Below are positions 1-10,346 of a DNA stretch of 64,000 nucleotides, one piece after another. The DNA comes from Minisyncoccota bacterium. GTDB taxonomy: Bacteria > Patescibacteriota > Minisyncoccia > Phycocordibacterales > WO2-35-19. Position 1 is the stretch's first letter. The number at the start of each line of letters is the position of its first letter. The DNA lies in the NCBI GenBank assembly GCA_036517255.1, contig DATDXE010000006.1, positions 8,023 to 72,022 on the forward strand, written 5' to 3'. The notes under the pieces were generated by a model. That model saw only the letters and a list, made by a program, of their open reading frames with translations, did not search any database and had not been told where the DNA came from. The position numbers were made by a program, and so were the translations under genes.

Positions 1-282
1 ACTGGCCCAGTCGGAATCGTAGGTATTGTCGGTGACGCATCGATTTTGGGTTTCGTCTACATTCTCACTCTCACAGCTTTCATTTCGATCAACTTAGCTA
101 TCATAAATTTAGTACCCATTCCCTCACTCGACGGTGGACGTGTACTGTTTGTTATTATCGAAGCTATAAAAGGTTCGCCCATCAGCACTCGTGTTTTCAA
201 TGCCGCAAATTCTATAAGCTTCGTTCTCCTTATTCTTGCGATGATTCTCATTACTATTCGTGATGTTGGTAATTTGTTTTAA
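1..282 (+). CDS. rseP: Site-2 (RseP/M50 family) zinc metalloprotease, C-terminal fragment; the 5' part lies outside the window
   Basis: Frame 1 is open from nt 1 (TGPVGIVGIVGDAS...). The C-terminal membrane region NLVPIPSLDGGRVLF is typical of RseP. Confidence 0.6.
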   Translation, partial: TGPVGIVGIVGDASILGFVYILTLTAFISINLAIINLVPIPSLDGGRVLFVIIEAIKGSPISTRVFNAANSISFVLLILAMILITIRDVGNLF

Positions 283-302
283 TAGGATTCTTTGCTAATA
301 TT

Positions 303-1550
303 TTGAATATGCGACAGTCACAACTATTTACTAAAACGAGAAGGGAAGCACCGTCTGATGAAGTGAGTAAAAATGCAGCACTTCTTATTAGAGCTGGATT
401 TATAAATAAAGAAATGGCTGGGGTGTATGACTATTTGCCTCTTGGCCTTCGTGTATTACATAAAATCGAAAATATTATACGCGATGAAATGAATGCTTTG
501 GGTGGTCAGGAAGTGCTTATGTCGACACTACAGAGAAAAGAATTATGGGAAAAGACAAATAGATGGAACGATGAAATTATCGATGTTTGGTTTAAAACAA
601 ATTTAAAAAATGGTGGGGAGCTCGGTCTTGGGCCGACACACGAAGAACCGATTACGAATATGGTGGAGCAATTCGTTCCTTCTTATAGGAATTTGCCGTT
701 TTCTGTATATCAATTTCAAAATAAATTTAGAAATGAAATCAGGGCTAGTAGTGGGGTGATAAGAACCCGCGAATTTGTAATGAAAGATCTATATTCTTTT
801 CATGAGAGTGACAAGTCACTCGACCAATTTTATGAAAAAGTCTCTGATGCTTATGTAAATATTTTTGAAAAATGTGGTATAGGAAAAAATACTTACAAGA
901 CTTTTGCTTCAGGTGGAGTTTTTAGTAAATACTCGCACGAATTCCAGACAGTTTCTGATGCCGGAGAGGATACAGTCTATATTAATGAAGAAAGTAAGGT
1001 TGCGATAAATAAAGAAGTCTACAATGATGAAGTTCTTTTCGATCTAAAAATAGACAAATCAAAACTCGTTGAGAAAAAATCTATAGAGGTAGGTAATATA
1101 TTTAAGCTGGGTGTTAAATTCTCCGAACCCTTGTCGTGTAAATTTAAAAATGAATCTGGTGAAGATATGCCTGTGGTCATGGGGTGCTATGGTATAGGGC
1201 CAGCTCGTGTACTAGGTACTATTGTAGAAACTCTTTCTGATGAAAAAGGTATTGTTTGGCCTAAGGAAGTGGCTCCGTTCGATGTTCACTTGCTTAGACT
1301 AGGTGAGACTGAAGAAGTGAAAGTAAAAGCAGAAGAAATTTATAAAAAACTTTCAGAAAAGGTAGAAGTGCTTTATGATGATCGCGATTTGAGAGCTGGG
1401 GAAAAATTTGCTGACGCTGATCTCTTGGGAGTGCCAATACAAGTGATTGTCGGTGAAAAAGGCCTAAAAGAAAACACCCTGGAAATAAAAGATAGGAAGA
1501 CGGGTGAAGTAAAAAATATCCACATGGACGAGCTTCATTCTATCGTGTAG
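303..1550 (+). CDS. proS: Prolyl-tRNA synthetase, short bacterial form without an editing domain
   Basis: 415 aa with class II aaRS motifs and ProRS-specific N-terminal and anticodon-binding regions (e.g. VMKDLYSFH, GCYGIGPARV). Confidence 0.85.
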   Translation: MNMRQSQLFTKTRREAPSDEVSKNAALLIRAGFINKEMAGVYDYLPLGLRVLHKIENIIRDEMNALGGQEVLMSTLQRKELWEKTNRWNDEIIDVWFKTNLKNGGELGLGPTHEEPITNMVEQFVPSYRNLPFSVYQFQNKFRNEIRASSGVIRTREFVMKDLYSFHESDKSLDQFYEKVSDAYVNIFEKCGIGKNTYKTFASGGVFSKYSHEFQTVSDAGEDTVYINEESKVAINKEVYNDEVLFDLKIDKSKLVEKKSIEVGNIFKLGVKFSEPLSCKFKNESGEDMPVVMGCYGIGPARVLGTIVETLSDEKGIVWPKEVAPFDVHLLRLGETEEVKVKAEEIYKKLSEKVEVLYDDRDLRAGEKFADADLLGVPIQVIVGEKGLKENTLEIKDRKTGEVKNIHMDELHSIV

Positions 1551-1552
1551 GC

Positions 1553-2635
1553 TTGTTTAGCATGCACTGGTTACTCTCAAAAATAGCTGGATTTAAAGGA
1601 CTACTTCACAATGAAATTGGTATTGATCTCGGGACTGCAAATACCCTAGTTTATGTCCAAGGGAAAGGGGTAATTATAAATGAACCTTCTGTTGTGGCGG
1701 TGAACCAGAAGACTGGGCAGGTTGTGGCTGTGGGCACTGAAGCTCACAATATGCTTGGACGTACACCTGCTCACATCGTAGCTGTGAAGCCTCTTGTCGA
1801 CGGAGTGATTTCTGATTTTGAAGTTACGGAGGAAATGATTGCTTACCTCCTCAATAAAGCTGAAAGAGGAGTGAAGAAAATTTTTGGCCCCAAAGTTGTA
1901 GTTGGTGTACCTTCCGGGATTACAAATGTAGAAACTCGTGCGGTTCGAGATGCGGTGCGTTCTGCTGGAGCAAGTGAAGTTTATATCGTGGAAGAGCCTA
2001 TGGCTGCCGCCATAGGCTTGCGTTTGCCGGTACTTGAACCGGTGGGCTCTATGATAATAGATATGGGCGGAGGTACGACTGACATAGCGGTCATCTCGCT
2101 CGGAGGGGTTGTTTCCTCAAAAAACTTGAGAGTAGCTGGCGATAAATTAAACAGTGACATATCAAGTTATGTCAGGAGTGAGTTCAAGATTTTGATTGGA
2201 GAAAAAACTGCTGAAAACGCCAAAGTATCCATTGGTAATTTGGTGATGAAAGGAATTGGAGAAGAATGCAAAGTCAAAGGGCGCGATTTAGTTACTGGTT
2301 TGCCTCGTGAAGTGGTGATCACCGATTCTGACGTGCGCGAAGCTATATCATTTTCTATTGCGGCTATTATCGAAGCTTGCAAAGAAGTACTTGAGGCCAC
2401 TCCTCCTGAGATTCTTTCTGATGTTATGCAAAGAGGGATTTATTTTTGTGGTGGCGGGGCACTCATAAGAGGCTTTGCCGACGTTTTAGAGGAAGAGTTA
2501 AAAATTCCGATACACGTCGCGACTGACCCTGTGGCGACCGTAGCTCGCGGCTGCGGTATAATCCTTGAAAATATGGGTATGTACCAAGAAGTACTCATAT
2601 CGGAAGACAATGACTTACCCCCTCATCAAACATAA
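1553..2635 (+). CDS. mreB: Rod shape-determining actin homologue MreB
   Basis: IGIDLGTANTLVYV phosphate-1 motif and DMGGGTTD phosphate-2 motif; 360 aa. Confidence 0.85.
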   Translation: MFSMHWLLSKIAGFKGLLHNEIGIDLGTANTLVYVQGKGVIINEPSVVAVNQKTGQVVAVGTEAHNMLGRTPAHIVAVKPLVDGVISDFEVTEEMIAYLLNKAERGVKKIFGPKVVVGVPSGITNVETRAVRDAVRSAGASEVYIVEEPMAAAIGLRLPVLEPVGSMIIDMGGGTTDIAVISLGGVVSSKNLRVAGDKLNSDISSYVRSEFKILIGEKTAENAKVSIGNLVMKGIGEECKVKGRDLVTGLPREVVITDSDVREAISFSIAAIIEACKEVLEATPPEILSDVMQRGIYFCGGGALIRGFADVLEEELKIPIHVATDPVATVARGCGIILENMGMYQEVLISEDNDLPPHQT

Positions 2636-3401
2636 ATATAACGATCGAGCACGTAATAAATTTTACGGCATTCTGTCTTTGGTCATTATTTGTACGACAG
2701 TTTTCTATTTATGGAAAGGTGATCTTGCTCCTTTGTTTATTCAGGTTCTTTCCCCGATCTCAAAGTCTCTTCGGTCCACCGGAAGTAGTATTTTCTCTTG
2801 GGCTAAGGTGCTTATTCCGTACTCTCCCATCTTAGAAGAAAATAATAGACTGAAAGAGGAAGCAATAAATTTGAGGCAAGAATTTTTTGATCTTAATCGA
2901 GAGAAGGTAGAAAATCAGACACTTCGACAGGCACTCGATCAGAAAGAGGCTAATTATATTCCGACTAAAATAATTTTAGCTGCCCCACAAACTCCTTTTG
3001 GAACAGTCGTGGTCGATAAAGGGTCGCTTGATGGTGTGTCGGTAGGTGATCGAGTGCTTCTATCTCGCAAAGTTTCTCTTGGCGTGGTTGGAGAAGTTGA
3101 AGAAAAAAATTCTAAGGTTATTACCCACTATTCTCCAGGTATGAAGACATCTGCGATTGCCGAAAGGAGTGGGGTGGTACTTGAGCTTACTGGAACTGGT
3201 AATGCTTTCGCTCTCGAAGTGCCTCTTGATATGGAAATGAGGGAAGGTGATGTTTTTTCCTTGCCAGGCTCACAGGATTTTGTTGTCGCAATTGTGGTGT
3301 CGATTAAGCCTGATCAAGCAGCTTCTTTTTCTAAAGTTTTTCTGTCCCCCCCTTTTAACCTTCTTGGTAATTCTGTCTTATTCATAGAAACAGGGGATTA
3401 A
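2565..3401 (+). CDS. mreC: Rod shape-determining protein MreC (start uncertain; possibly the internal Met near 2610)
   Basis: Immediately follows mreB. Has an N-terminal TM segment, a coiled-coil (NNRLKEEAINLRQEFFDL) and a C-terminal beta domain. Confidence 0.6.
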   Translation: MKIWVCTKKYSYRKTMTYPLIKHKYNDRARNKFYGILSLVIICTTVFYLWKGDLAPLFIQVLSPISKSLRSTGSSIFSWAKVLIPYSPILEENNRLKEEAINLRQEFFDLNREKVENQTLRQALDQKEANYIPTKIILAAPQTPFGTVVVDKGSLDGVSVGDRVLLSRKVSLGVVGEVEEKNSKVITHYSPGMKTSAIAERSGVVLELTGTGNAFALEVPLDMEMREGDVFSLPGSQDFVVAIVVSIKPDQAASFSKVFLSPPFNLLGNSVLFIETGD

Positions 3402-3403
3402 TT

Positions 3404-3667
3404 ATGAATAATATATTTTCCCCAGTAATTTTTTTCTTTCTTGTCTTTGTTCCACTATCTATAATTTGGTGGCTATTTTTCCCCCTGGCTCTAATATCTA
3501 TTTTTATATTTCAGCGAATCTACGTTAGTATTTTTGCTGGATTTGTATTAGATGTCGTATACTTTGGTGGTTCTCTTTTGGACTTTCCCGTCATGACCAT
3601 GATTTGTTTTGGGATAACGATCCTTTTCATCTCATTAAGAGACAAAATACGATTCGATGCTTTCTAA
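3404..3667 (+). CDS. Small polytopic membrane protein in the position of mreD (MreD-like, truncated)
   Basis: 87-aa hydrophobic ORF directly after mreC and before PBP2. Confidence 0.35.
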   Translation: MNNIFSPVIFFFLVFVPLSIIWWLFFPLALISIFIFQRIYVSIFAGFVLDVVYFGGSLLDFPVMTMICFGITILFISLRDKIRFDAF

Positions 3668-5366
3668 AATAAAGAAAAAAATATTATCGACCTTTAGTGG
3701 CAAGAAGTATTCATTCATTTATCCAGATGAGGTTTTTCTTGATTCTAGAAATCTGCCTGATTTCGATAAACACCAATTTGAAGGGAGGATCGAACGTCCC
3801 ATACTTTTTAGAAGTTTTGTTTCTTTCTATGTTATATGTTTCGTAGCAGTTTTGTTTTTCGTATATACTCTTTGGGATTTGGGTATAAGTAAAGGTAAAG
3901 TTTACGCAGAGATAAGTCAGAACAATAGCTTACGGCATGATCCTATACTTGCTCCTCGTGGAGTGATATATGATCGTAACGGAAAAATACTTGTTTCAAA
4001 TTCGATTGTCGAAGAGTCGGAAGATTTTCCCAGAAGAATTTATCTCGAAAAATTCGGCTTTTCCCATTTACTTGGTTTTATAAAATATCCTGCTAAAGAT
4101 TCATCTGGTTTTTATTTCAGGGAAGAATATGAGCCACAAGATGGTGTAGAGATTTTATTTAACGAAGTACTTGCTGGTCGTAATGGTCTTAAGATTTCAG
4201 AGAATGATGTTTCTGGAAATTTGGTGAGTGAGAGCCTCATTGACCCTTCTTTAGCTGGGGACAGTTTACAATTAGCTGTGGACTTAAGGATACAGGAAAA
4301 GATGTATCAAGAAATAAAAAGTCTTTCTGAAAGAGTAGGTTTCCTGGGGGGGGCTGGTATTATTATGGATGTAAACTCAGGTGAAATACTAACTCTTACG
4401 AGCTACCCTGAATACGATTCACAGCTTATGACTGATGGCCAGGCTTCTTCGACTATAAGAACCTATTCTACGGACAATGCCAAACCTTTCTTGAATCGTA
4501 TTATTTCTGGGCTGTATACTCCCGGCTCAGTTGTTAAACCTTTTCTAGCTTTTGGAGCTCTTGAGGAGGGAGTCATTTCTCCTGAAAAAGAAATAGTAAG
4601 TACTGGTAAACTTGTCGTGCCGAACCCTTATTTTCCAGATCAACCTTCCATATTTCTTGATTGGAAAGCCCACGGTGCTGTTGATATGCGTAAAGCGATT
4701 GCTGTATCGTCGAATGTGTATTTTTATGAAGTGGGAGGGGGTTTCGCCTCACAGAAAGGGCTTGGTATAGAAAAAATAGAAAAGTATTTTAGGAAATTTG
4801 GTCTGAGTCAGTTGACTGGTGTAGGTACTCTAGATGAAGCTGTTGGCAATATTCCCAATCCAGAATGGAAAGAAAAAAATTTTCCCGGGGAACCTTGGCG
4901 GCTGGGGGATACATATAACACTGCTATAGGTCAATATGGTATGCAGGTGACACCTCTTCAAATAGTGCGTGCTATTGCCGCTATTGCAAATGGTGGGGTT
5001 TTAGTAACTCCAGGATTCGAAAAGAAAGCGACTACTTCAGTACCGATCGGCCAGAGGATAAGTGGCAAAGAAGAACATTACCAAATTATTCGTGAAGGTA
5101 TGCGCATGTCGGTTACTCTAGGTACTTCAAAAGGGCTTGATATGAGTTCTGTCGCTATCGCTGGTAAAACTGGAACTGCTCAACTTGGGACTTCGAAATC
5201 ATTTGTCAATTCTTGGACTACGGGTTTCTTCCCGTATGAAAATCCTCGCTATGCTTACCTTGTAGTTATGGAACATGGTCCTTCTACTAATCTTACTGGC
5301 GCCACCTTCGTCATGCGTCAGGTAATGGACTTTATGGTTGCTAATACTCCAGAATATTTAAAATAA
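3657..5366 (+). CDS. mrdA: Penicillin-binding protein 2 (elongasome transpeptidase)
   Basis: N-terminal TM segment plus the SVVK (SxxK), SSN and KTGTA transpeptidase motifs. Sits in an mreBCD-pbp2 context. Confidence 0.75.
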   Translation: MLSKIKKKILSTFSGKKYSFIYPDEVFLDSRNLPDFDKHQFEGRIERPILFRSFVSFYVICFVAVLFFVYTLWDLGISKGKVYAEISQNNSLRHDPILAPRGVIYDRNGKILVSNSIVEESEDFPRRIYLEKFGFSHLLGFIKYPAKDSSGFYFREEYEPQDGVEILFNEVLAGRNGLKISENDVSGNLVSESLIDPSLAGDSLQLAVDLRIQEKMYQEIKSLSERVGFLGGAGIIMDVNSGEILTLTSYPEYDSQLMTDGQASSTIRTYSTDNAKPFLNRIISGLYTPGSVVKPFLAFGALEEGVISPEKEIVSTGKLVVPNPYFPDQPSIFLDWKAHGAVDMRKAIAVSSNVYFYEVGGGFASQKGLGIEKIEKYFRKFGLSQLTGVGTLDEAVGNIPNPEWKEKNFPGEPWRLGDTYNTAIGQYGMQVTPLQIVRAIAAIANGGVLVTPGFEKKATTSVPIGQRISGKEEHYQIIREGMRMSVTLGTSKGLDMSSVAIAGKTGTAQLGTSKSFVNSWTTGFFPYENPRYAYLVVMEHGPSTNLTGATFVMRQVMDFMVANTPEYLK

Positions 5367-5382
5367 AATTAGTAATTATATT

Positions 5383-6075
5383 TTAAGATTGCAATATTAA
5401 ATCAATAATATTTTTGAGTTGAGAATATGGGTAAGCTCCATTTACTGGATAGGTGTCGCCATTTTTAGTATCGATAATTATTGAAAACGGAGTGCCCTCG
5501 GCACCTGCTTTAAAGGCATCATCTACATCAGATTTTACTTTTGTTGCGTATTTACCACTTTCAAGGCAGGCATTAAATTTTTCTGACGAAAGACCTACCT
5601 GTTTTGCTACATTTGTAAGTTCCGAAGCGGGAAGGTTGTTGTTTGAAGGTGTAATTTCGTAAATACGATTTGTGTACTCCCAAAACTTTGCATTACCGCC
5701 CAATTCCCCAGCACACTCAAGAGCTTCTGCTTCCTTTGGAGCTTTGGAGTGTAGTTCGGCAATTGGTAGATGTCGGTATATCCAAGACATATCACCATTC
5801 GTGCCGTATTCAGTCATAATAGCCCTTAGAGTTTTGTGAAATTCTTTACAGAATGGACACTCGGTATCAGAGTACTCTACTATAATAACTCGTGCACTGG
5901 GATTTCCAAGAAGATGGTCGTTTGGATCTATTGCCTCCATATTTGAAGCCTGCTTTATCGCTTCATCTATCGTTTTTTCTTCAATATCTCCAGAATTTTT
6001 TGACATGTACAATCCTCCACCAATGAGAATTCCAGCTATTATAATAGAGAAAGGTATAAGTAGAGCATCTTTCAT
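5383..6075 (-). CDS. Membrane-anchored DsbA/BdbD-like thiol-disulfide oxidoreductase
   Basis: Thioredoxin fold with a CPFC active site and an N-terminal TM anchor. Start trimmed to the Met at 6075 to avoid the divergent overlap with uppP. Confidence 0.6.
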   Translation of the reverse strand: MKDALLIPFSIIIAGILIGGGLYMSKNSGDIEEKTIDEAIKQASNMEAIDPNDHLLGNPSARVIIVEYSDTECPFCKEFHKTLRAIMTEYGTNGDMSWIYRHLPIAELHSKAPKEAEALECAGELGGNAKFWEYTNRIYEITPSNNNLPASELTNVAKQVGLSSEKFNACLESGKYATKVKSDVDDAFKAGAEGTPFSIIIDTKNGDTYPVNGAYPYSQLKNIIDLILQS

Positions 6076-6089
6076 GCTAAAATTATAGC

Positions 6090-6881
6090 ATGTCTTTTTT
6101 GGACTCAATCTTCTTAGGTCTCGTTCAGGGTATAACCGAATTTTTGCCTATTTCTTCCTCTGGCCATCTTATACTTGCTCAGCGTTATTTAGGGATTCCG
6201 ATAGACGGAGCCTCCTTATCCTTTGCTATATTTGTAAATTGTGCCACGCTTCTCGCTGTTATAATCGCTCTATGGGGTGATATACGCAGAATTGTGGTAG
6301 ATATTTTTACTGAAGGGCCATCTATGCGATCAAAGAAAGTTCTTTCGGCTATTTTTTGGGGAACCATACCAGCTGCTACTATGGGCTTTTTTTTCCAATC
6401 TCAAATAAGTGAGTTGTTTTATAACCCACGGTTTGTTGCGTATGCTCTTATTGCTGGTAGTGTTTTGTTTTTTATTGCTGATAGGATTCCAAAAGAACAT
6501 AATGAACCTCATGGAGTTACCGCACTCAAAGGTCTCTTCATTGGCATTTTTCAAACTTTTGCACTGATCCCTGGTATATCTCGCTCAGGCATCACTACTT
6601 CCGGTGGCCTTTTTTTCGGCCTTTCCCGAGAAGAAGCTATCAAATTTGCGTTTCTTCTCTATATCCCTATCTCTGTCGGCGCTGGATTAAAAATTATTTT
6701 TGATTCTGTTTCTCCTTCTTTTTCTTACTCTGATCCTACTGTTTGGGTAGGTTTTTTTGTAGCGTTTCTTTCAGGTCTTATTTCTGTAAAATTTTTGATC
6801 AAATTTCTTTCCAGAAATTCCTTCAACGTTTTTATCGTATATCGACTTCTTTTGGCTGGGGTGATACTCTACTTTTTCTAG
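6090..6881 (+). CDS. uppP: Undecaprenyl-diphosphate phosphatase
   Basis: N-terminal signature QGITEFLPISSSGHL and a polytopic membrane profile. Confidence 0.85.
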   Translation: MSFLDSIFLGLVQGITEFLPISSSGHLILAQRYLGIPIDGASLSFAIFVNCATLLAVIIALWGDIRRIVVDIFTEGPSMRSKKVLSAIFWGTIPAATMGFFFQSQISELFYNPRFVAYALIAGSVLFFIADRIPKEHNEPHGVTALKGLFIGIFQTFALIPGISRSGITTSGGLFFGLSREEAIKFAFLLYIPISVGAGLKIIFDSVSPSFSYSDPTVWVGFFVAFLSGLISVKFLIKFLSRNSFNVFIVYRLLLAGVILYFF

Positions 6882-6893
6882 CAAGAAAATTAC

Positions 6894-7868
6894 ATGGCAT
6901 TTACTGATGAAATAACTATTTTCGCAAAGGCAGGCCGAGGGGGTAATGGCGTAGTACGCTGGCTTCACGAGAAGGGAAAAGAGTGGAGTGGCCCAGCTGG
7001 GGGCGATGGTGGTAAGGGAGGTGATGTGTACGTTGTATCTGTGCGGGATACTCATTTGCTTTCGAAATATAAGGCCCAGAAGGAGTTCGATGCTGGTAAT
7101 GGTGAAATGGGAGGTAGTAAAAGCCTTCACGGAGCTCAAGGTAAAGACCTGGATATCGAACTTCCAATCGGCTCTATCATTACCAATAAAAAAACTGGCC
7201 GAAAATTTTCCCTTATAAAGGATGGAGAGAGGGTTCTTGTTTTGAAAGGTGGTAATGGAGGTAGGGGTAATGAATCATTCAAAGCTTCGACAAACCAAAG
7301 TCCAAGGGAATCAACCCCAGGTACTGAAGGCGAAGAAGCCGAATTTTATATAGAGCTCGAACTTGTGGCGGATGCTGGTTTTATCGGTTTACCGAATGCA
7401 GGTAAAACTAGTTTATTGAACGAGCTTACTAGAAGCAATAGTAAAGTGGGTGCATATCCTTTTACTACTCTTGAACCAAACTTGGGTGAAATGTATGGCT
7501 TCATCATCGCTGATATTCCTGGTCTTATAGAAGGAGCTGCTACAGGAAAAGGCTTGGGTCATAAATTTCTGCGTCATATACGCCGTACCAAAATTTTAGT
7601 TCATCTAGTTTCTCTCGAAAATGAAGATCCTATAAATGTTTACAACATAATTAGAAGTGAACTCTCACACTTTGATAAAGAACTTTTGAATAAAAAAGAA
7701 ATTGTCGTTCTGACCAAGACTGATTTGCTAGAAGATAAAACTAAACTAGATAAAATTGTATCTGATTTTGAAAAGATTATTCCTTCTGTTACCACTCTCA
7801 CTATATACGACGATTTCCAAATAAAATCTTTCGGACAGTTTCTCTTAAAACAGCTTAAAGACGAGTAA
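6894..7868 (+). CDS. obg: GTPase Obg (short form, no C-terminal TGS domain)
   Basis: Gly-rich Obg fold (GRGGNGVVRW, GGDGGKGGDV) followed by a G domain (GLPNAGKTSLL). Confidence 0.85.
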   Translation: MAFTDEITIFAKAGRGGNGVVRWLHEKGKEWSGPAGGDGGKGGDVYVVSVRDTHLLSKYKAQKEFDAGNGEMGGSKSLHGAQGKDLDIELPIGSIITNKKTGRKFSLIKDGERVLVLKGGNGGRGNESFKASTNQSPRESTPGTEGEEAEFYIELELVADAGFIGLPNAGKTSLLNELTRSNSKVGAYPFTTLEPNLGEMYGFIIADIPGLIEGAATGKGLGHKFLRHIRRTKILVHLVSLENEDPINVYNIIRSELSHFDKELLNKKEIVVLTKTDLLEDKTKLDKIVSDFEKIIPSVTTLTIYDDFQIKSFGQFLLKQLKDE

Positions 7869-7887
7869 TATCATATAATTCAAAAAT

Positions 7888-8457
7888 ATGCTTACTAGAA
7901 GTTTTGTCATCTCGTTTTTCATAGAATTCGGGCCTGTCATCGCCTTTTTCTTCGGGACCGAATTTCTTGGTTTTTTTCCTGGCACTACCTTTCTTGTGGT
8001 TGGTACCCTTGTGGCTCTCTCTGCATCCTTAGTGCGCGACAAACGTTTACCGATGTTCTCTATTCTCTCTAGCGTTTTTATATTATTTTTTGGATTATTG
8101 ACTTTATTTATGCACGATCCTATTTGGCTAGTAGCTGAGTATACATTGTATAATGGCTTATTCGGCCTTTTTGTTTTAGGTGGTTTGTATTTTAATAAAT
8201 CTTTATTGAAGCCTCTTTTCCAAACTATGTTCCATGTCAGTGACAAGTGTTGGAGAATACTTTCTTTACGATGGGGAATAGCTTTTATACTGACAGCTAT
8301 AAGTAATGAATTAGTCTGGCGTCTACTAGGTGAAGATGCTTGGGTCTATTTCCGCCTTATCGCTGGAGTGCTCCTTGCCGTATTCGGTTTTTCTCAATTC
8401 TTCCTAGCTCGTCGTGAACGCCATCCTGACGCCAGCCCCTGGGGCCTTCGTATTTAA
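7888..8457 (+). CDS. YciB/IspZ-like inner-membrane (intracellular septation) protein
   Basis: 189-aa polytopic membrane protein resembling the septation protein A family. Confidence 0.4.
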   Translation: MLTRSFVISFFIEFGPVIAFFFGTEFLGFFPGTTFLVVGTLVALSASLVRDKRLPMFSILSSVFILFFGLLTLFMHDPIWLVAEYTLYNGLFGLFVLGGLYFNKSLLKPLFQTMFHVSDKCWRILSLRWGIAFILTAISNELVWRLLGEDAWVYFRLIAGVLLAVFGFSQFFLARRERHPDASPWGLRI

Positions 8458-9032
8458 AAGGGGAGGGTGCGATTCATGATGGAGGGGTCGACGATTGATT
8501 CCCAGGTGGAAGTGTCGAGTTTAATTTCGTTTAAATTTGGACCTTCTTTGAAGATGAGTTTATTGTTTTTGCGAGCATATTCGTATAAATCGCGAGTGAT
8601 TCGTACATCATGAAGACAGTAATTTTTTACTTTTTCTATTTCACCCTTTTTCCACCACTGTAGAGCTTCCAGTCCATTACCACTTTTATTTACACCCAGT
8701 GTTCCTTCAGCCAACTGATCGAGTTTCATTCTTCTTCCTGCAACTTTGTGAATTTCTTTCAAAATATCTAGGCTTTTTATTTTATCTAAATTCCCAGGGT
8801 AATATTTATTCAACAAAGGGATATCAAAATGATCTGAATTGAAACCGATTAAAATATCGGTCGTCTCCAGTATCGGCCAGAGTCGTGGTAACTCTTCTTC
8901 CAAATAGGTGGAATAAGAATCGGTATGAGAATCATAGATACCGACAACTGATATAGACAAATCAACCGGATTGTTTGAACCGACTTCTTGAAAAAAATTC
9001 CTTGTTTCTATGTCGAATACTACTTTGCGCAT
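8454..9032 (-). CDS. RNase H-like 3'-5' exonuclease (DEDDh/DnaQ-like)
   Basis: Motifs FDIETRNFF (Exo I), FNSDHFDIPLL (Exo II) and HDVRITRDLYEY (Exo III). Confidence 0.5.
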   Translation of the reverse strand: MRKVVFDIETRNFFQEVGSNNPVDLSISVVGIYDSHTDSYSTYLEEELPRLWPILETTDILIGFNSDHFDIPLLNKYYPGNLDKIKSLDILKEIHKVAGRRMKLDQLAEGTLGVNKSGNGLEALQWWKKGEIEKVKNYCLHDVRITRDLYEYARKNNKLIFKEGPNLNEIKLDTSTWESIVDPSIMNRTLPF

Positions 9033-9039
9033 GCGGCCA

Positions 9040-10314
9040 TTATTGTATCATCTTAACTATTTCTTCCAAGCTACATTCCTTCTCCTCCCTAGTTTCAATA
9101 TTTTTCAGTTTAAACTGTCCTTTTTCTAGTTCGTCTTTTCCTACCACTAATACATAAGGGATTTTTCTTTTTTCTGCTCCCGCAATTTGATCTCCAAGTT
9201 TCCTTCCTGAAATATCTATAGCTGTGTTTATGCCAATTTTCCTCAATTTATTTCCCACTTTGTCTGCTTCTTCTGCTGCCGTATCAGGAGCTAAACAAAT
9301 CCAAATTTTTGTAGTTGATTCAAATTTTGGTAGTAGGTTATGAGTCTCTAGAAAATTTTGTATTGTCACATCTCCCATACCGAAGCCCACAGCTGGGACT
9401 TCTTTACCACTAAACATTTCTACAAGTTCATCGTATCTCCCACCACCAAATACGGATCTATTATTTTCCTTATTAGTATCAAACACTTCAAATATGATAC
9501 CCGTGTAATAATCGAACCCACGCACTAAGTTGGGATTGAACTCGATATTCTTTATGCCGATTTTAGTGAGTTTTTCTAAAAGATCGAGTAAATACTTGGC
9601 TGACTCCTTGTCGCCTAATTTTTCAAATATAGCATTTTTCGAATTTAATAATGAAGTTAATTGTTCTGTAGCTTTCTCGCTTGCCAACTCTTTTAAGCTG
9701 TCTCTAAATGTTTCTTCAGAAATTTTATCTTTTTTATCTATTATTCTCGATATCGCTTGTCTATCTTTCACAGGTATTTCTAGTGAATCATATAAATCAT
9801 CCATTAATTCTCTACTGTTTACGTAGAGTACATAATCCTCCTCTTTAGCCCCAAAAGCTTTCATAATAGTTGGAGCCATAGAGACTATTTCTATATCAGA
9901 GGAAATACTTTTATTACCAAAAAGGTCGACATTCAATTGCCAAAATTCTCGGTGCCTACCTCTTTGCGGTTTTTCGTAGCGATAGAAACTACCTATGGAG
10001 TACCAGCGAGCAGGGAATGGAATTTCATTTATTTTATTTGCGATCATGCGGGCTACAGTCGGAGTCATTTCTGGCCTGAGAGCTACCTCTCGATCGCCCC
10101 TGTCTTTGAAGGAATAGATTTGTTCGTTTACTATTTCTTCGTTACTTTTTGATTTGTATAAGTCAAGCGGTTCGAGTATCGAAGCGTTGTATCTTTCATA
10201 ACCATAACTTTCAGCTACTTTTTGCCACACTCTGAAAATATAGTTTTGCACCGCCCTCTCTTCTGGGTAAAAATCTCGCACTCCTTTGTATGGTTCCAGA
10301 CTTATTTTAGACAT
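9040..10314 (-). CDS. hisS: Histidyl-tRNA synthetase
   Basis: Class II aaRS. The Met start gives MSKISLEPYKGVRDFYPEE; the track's upstream start at 10365 would overlap uvrC. Confidence 0.85.
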   Translation of the reverse strand: MSKISLEPYKGVRDFYPEERAVQNYIFRVWQKVAESYGYERYNASILEPLDLYKSKSNEEIVNEQIYSFKDRGDREVALRPEMTPTVARMIANKINEIPFPARWYSIGSFYRYEKPQRGRHREFWQLNVDLFGNKSISSDIEIVSMAPTIMKAFGAKEEDYVLYVNSRELMDDLYDSLEIPVKDRQAISRIIDKKDKISEETFRDSLKELASEKATEQLTSLLNSKNAIFEKLGDKESAKYLLDLLEKLTKIGIKNIEFNPNLVRGFDYYTGIIFEVFDTNKENNRSVFGGGRYDELVEMFSGKEVPAVGFGMGDVTIQNFLETHNLLPKFESTTKIWICLAPDTAAEEADKVGNKLRKIGINTAIDISGRKLGDQIAGAEKRKIPYVLVVGKDELEKGQFKLKNIETREEKECSLEEIVKMIQ

Positions 10315-10346
10315 AATTTTGTATAAAAATATGATAGCATTCTCGT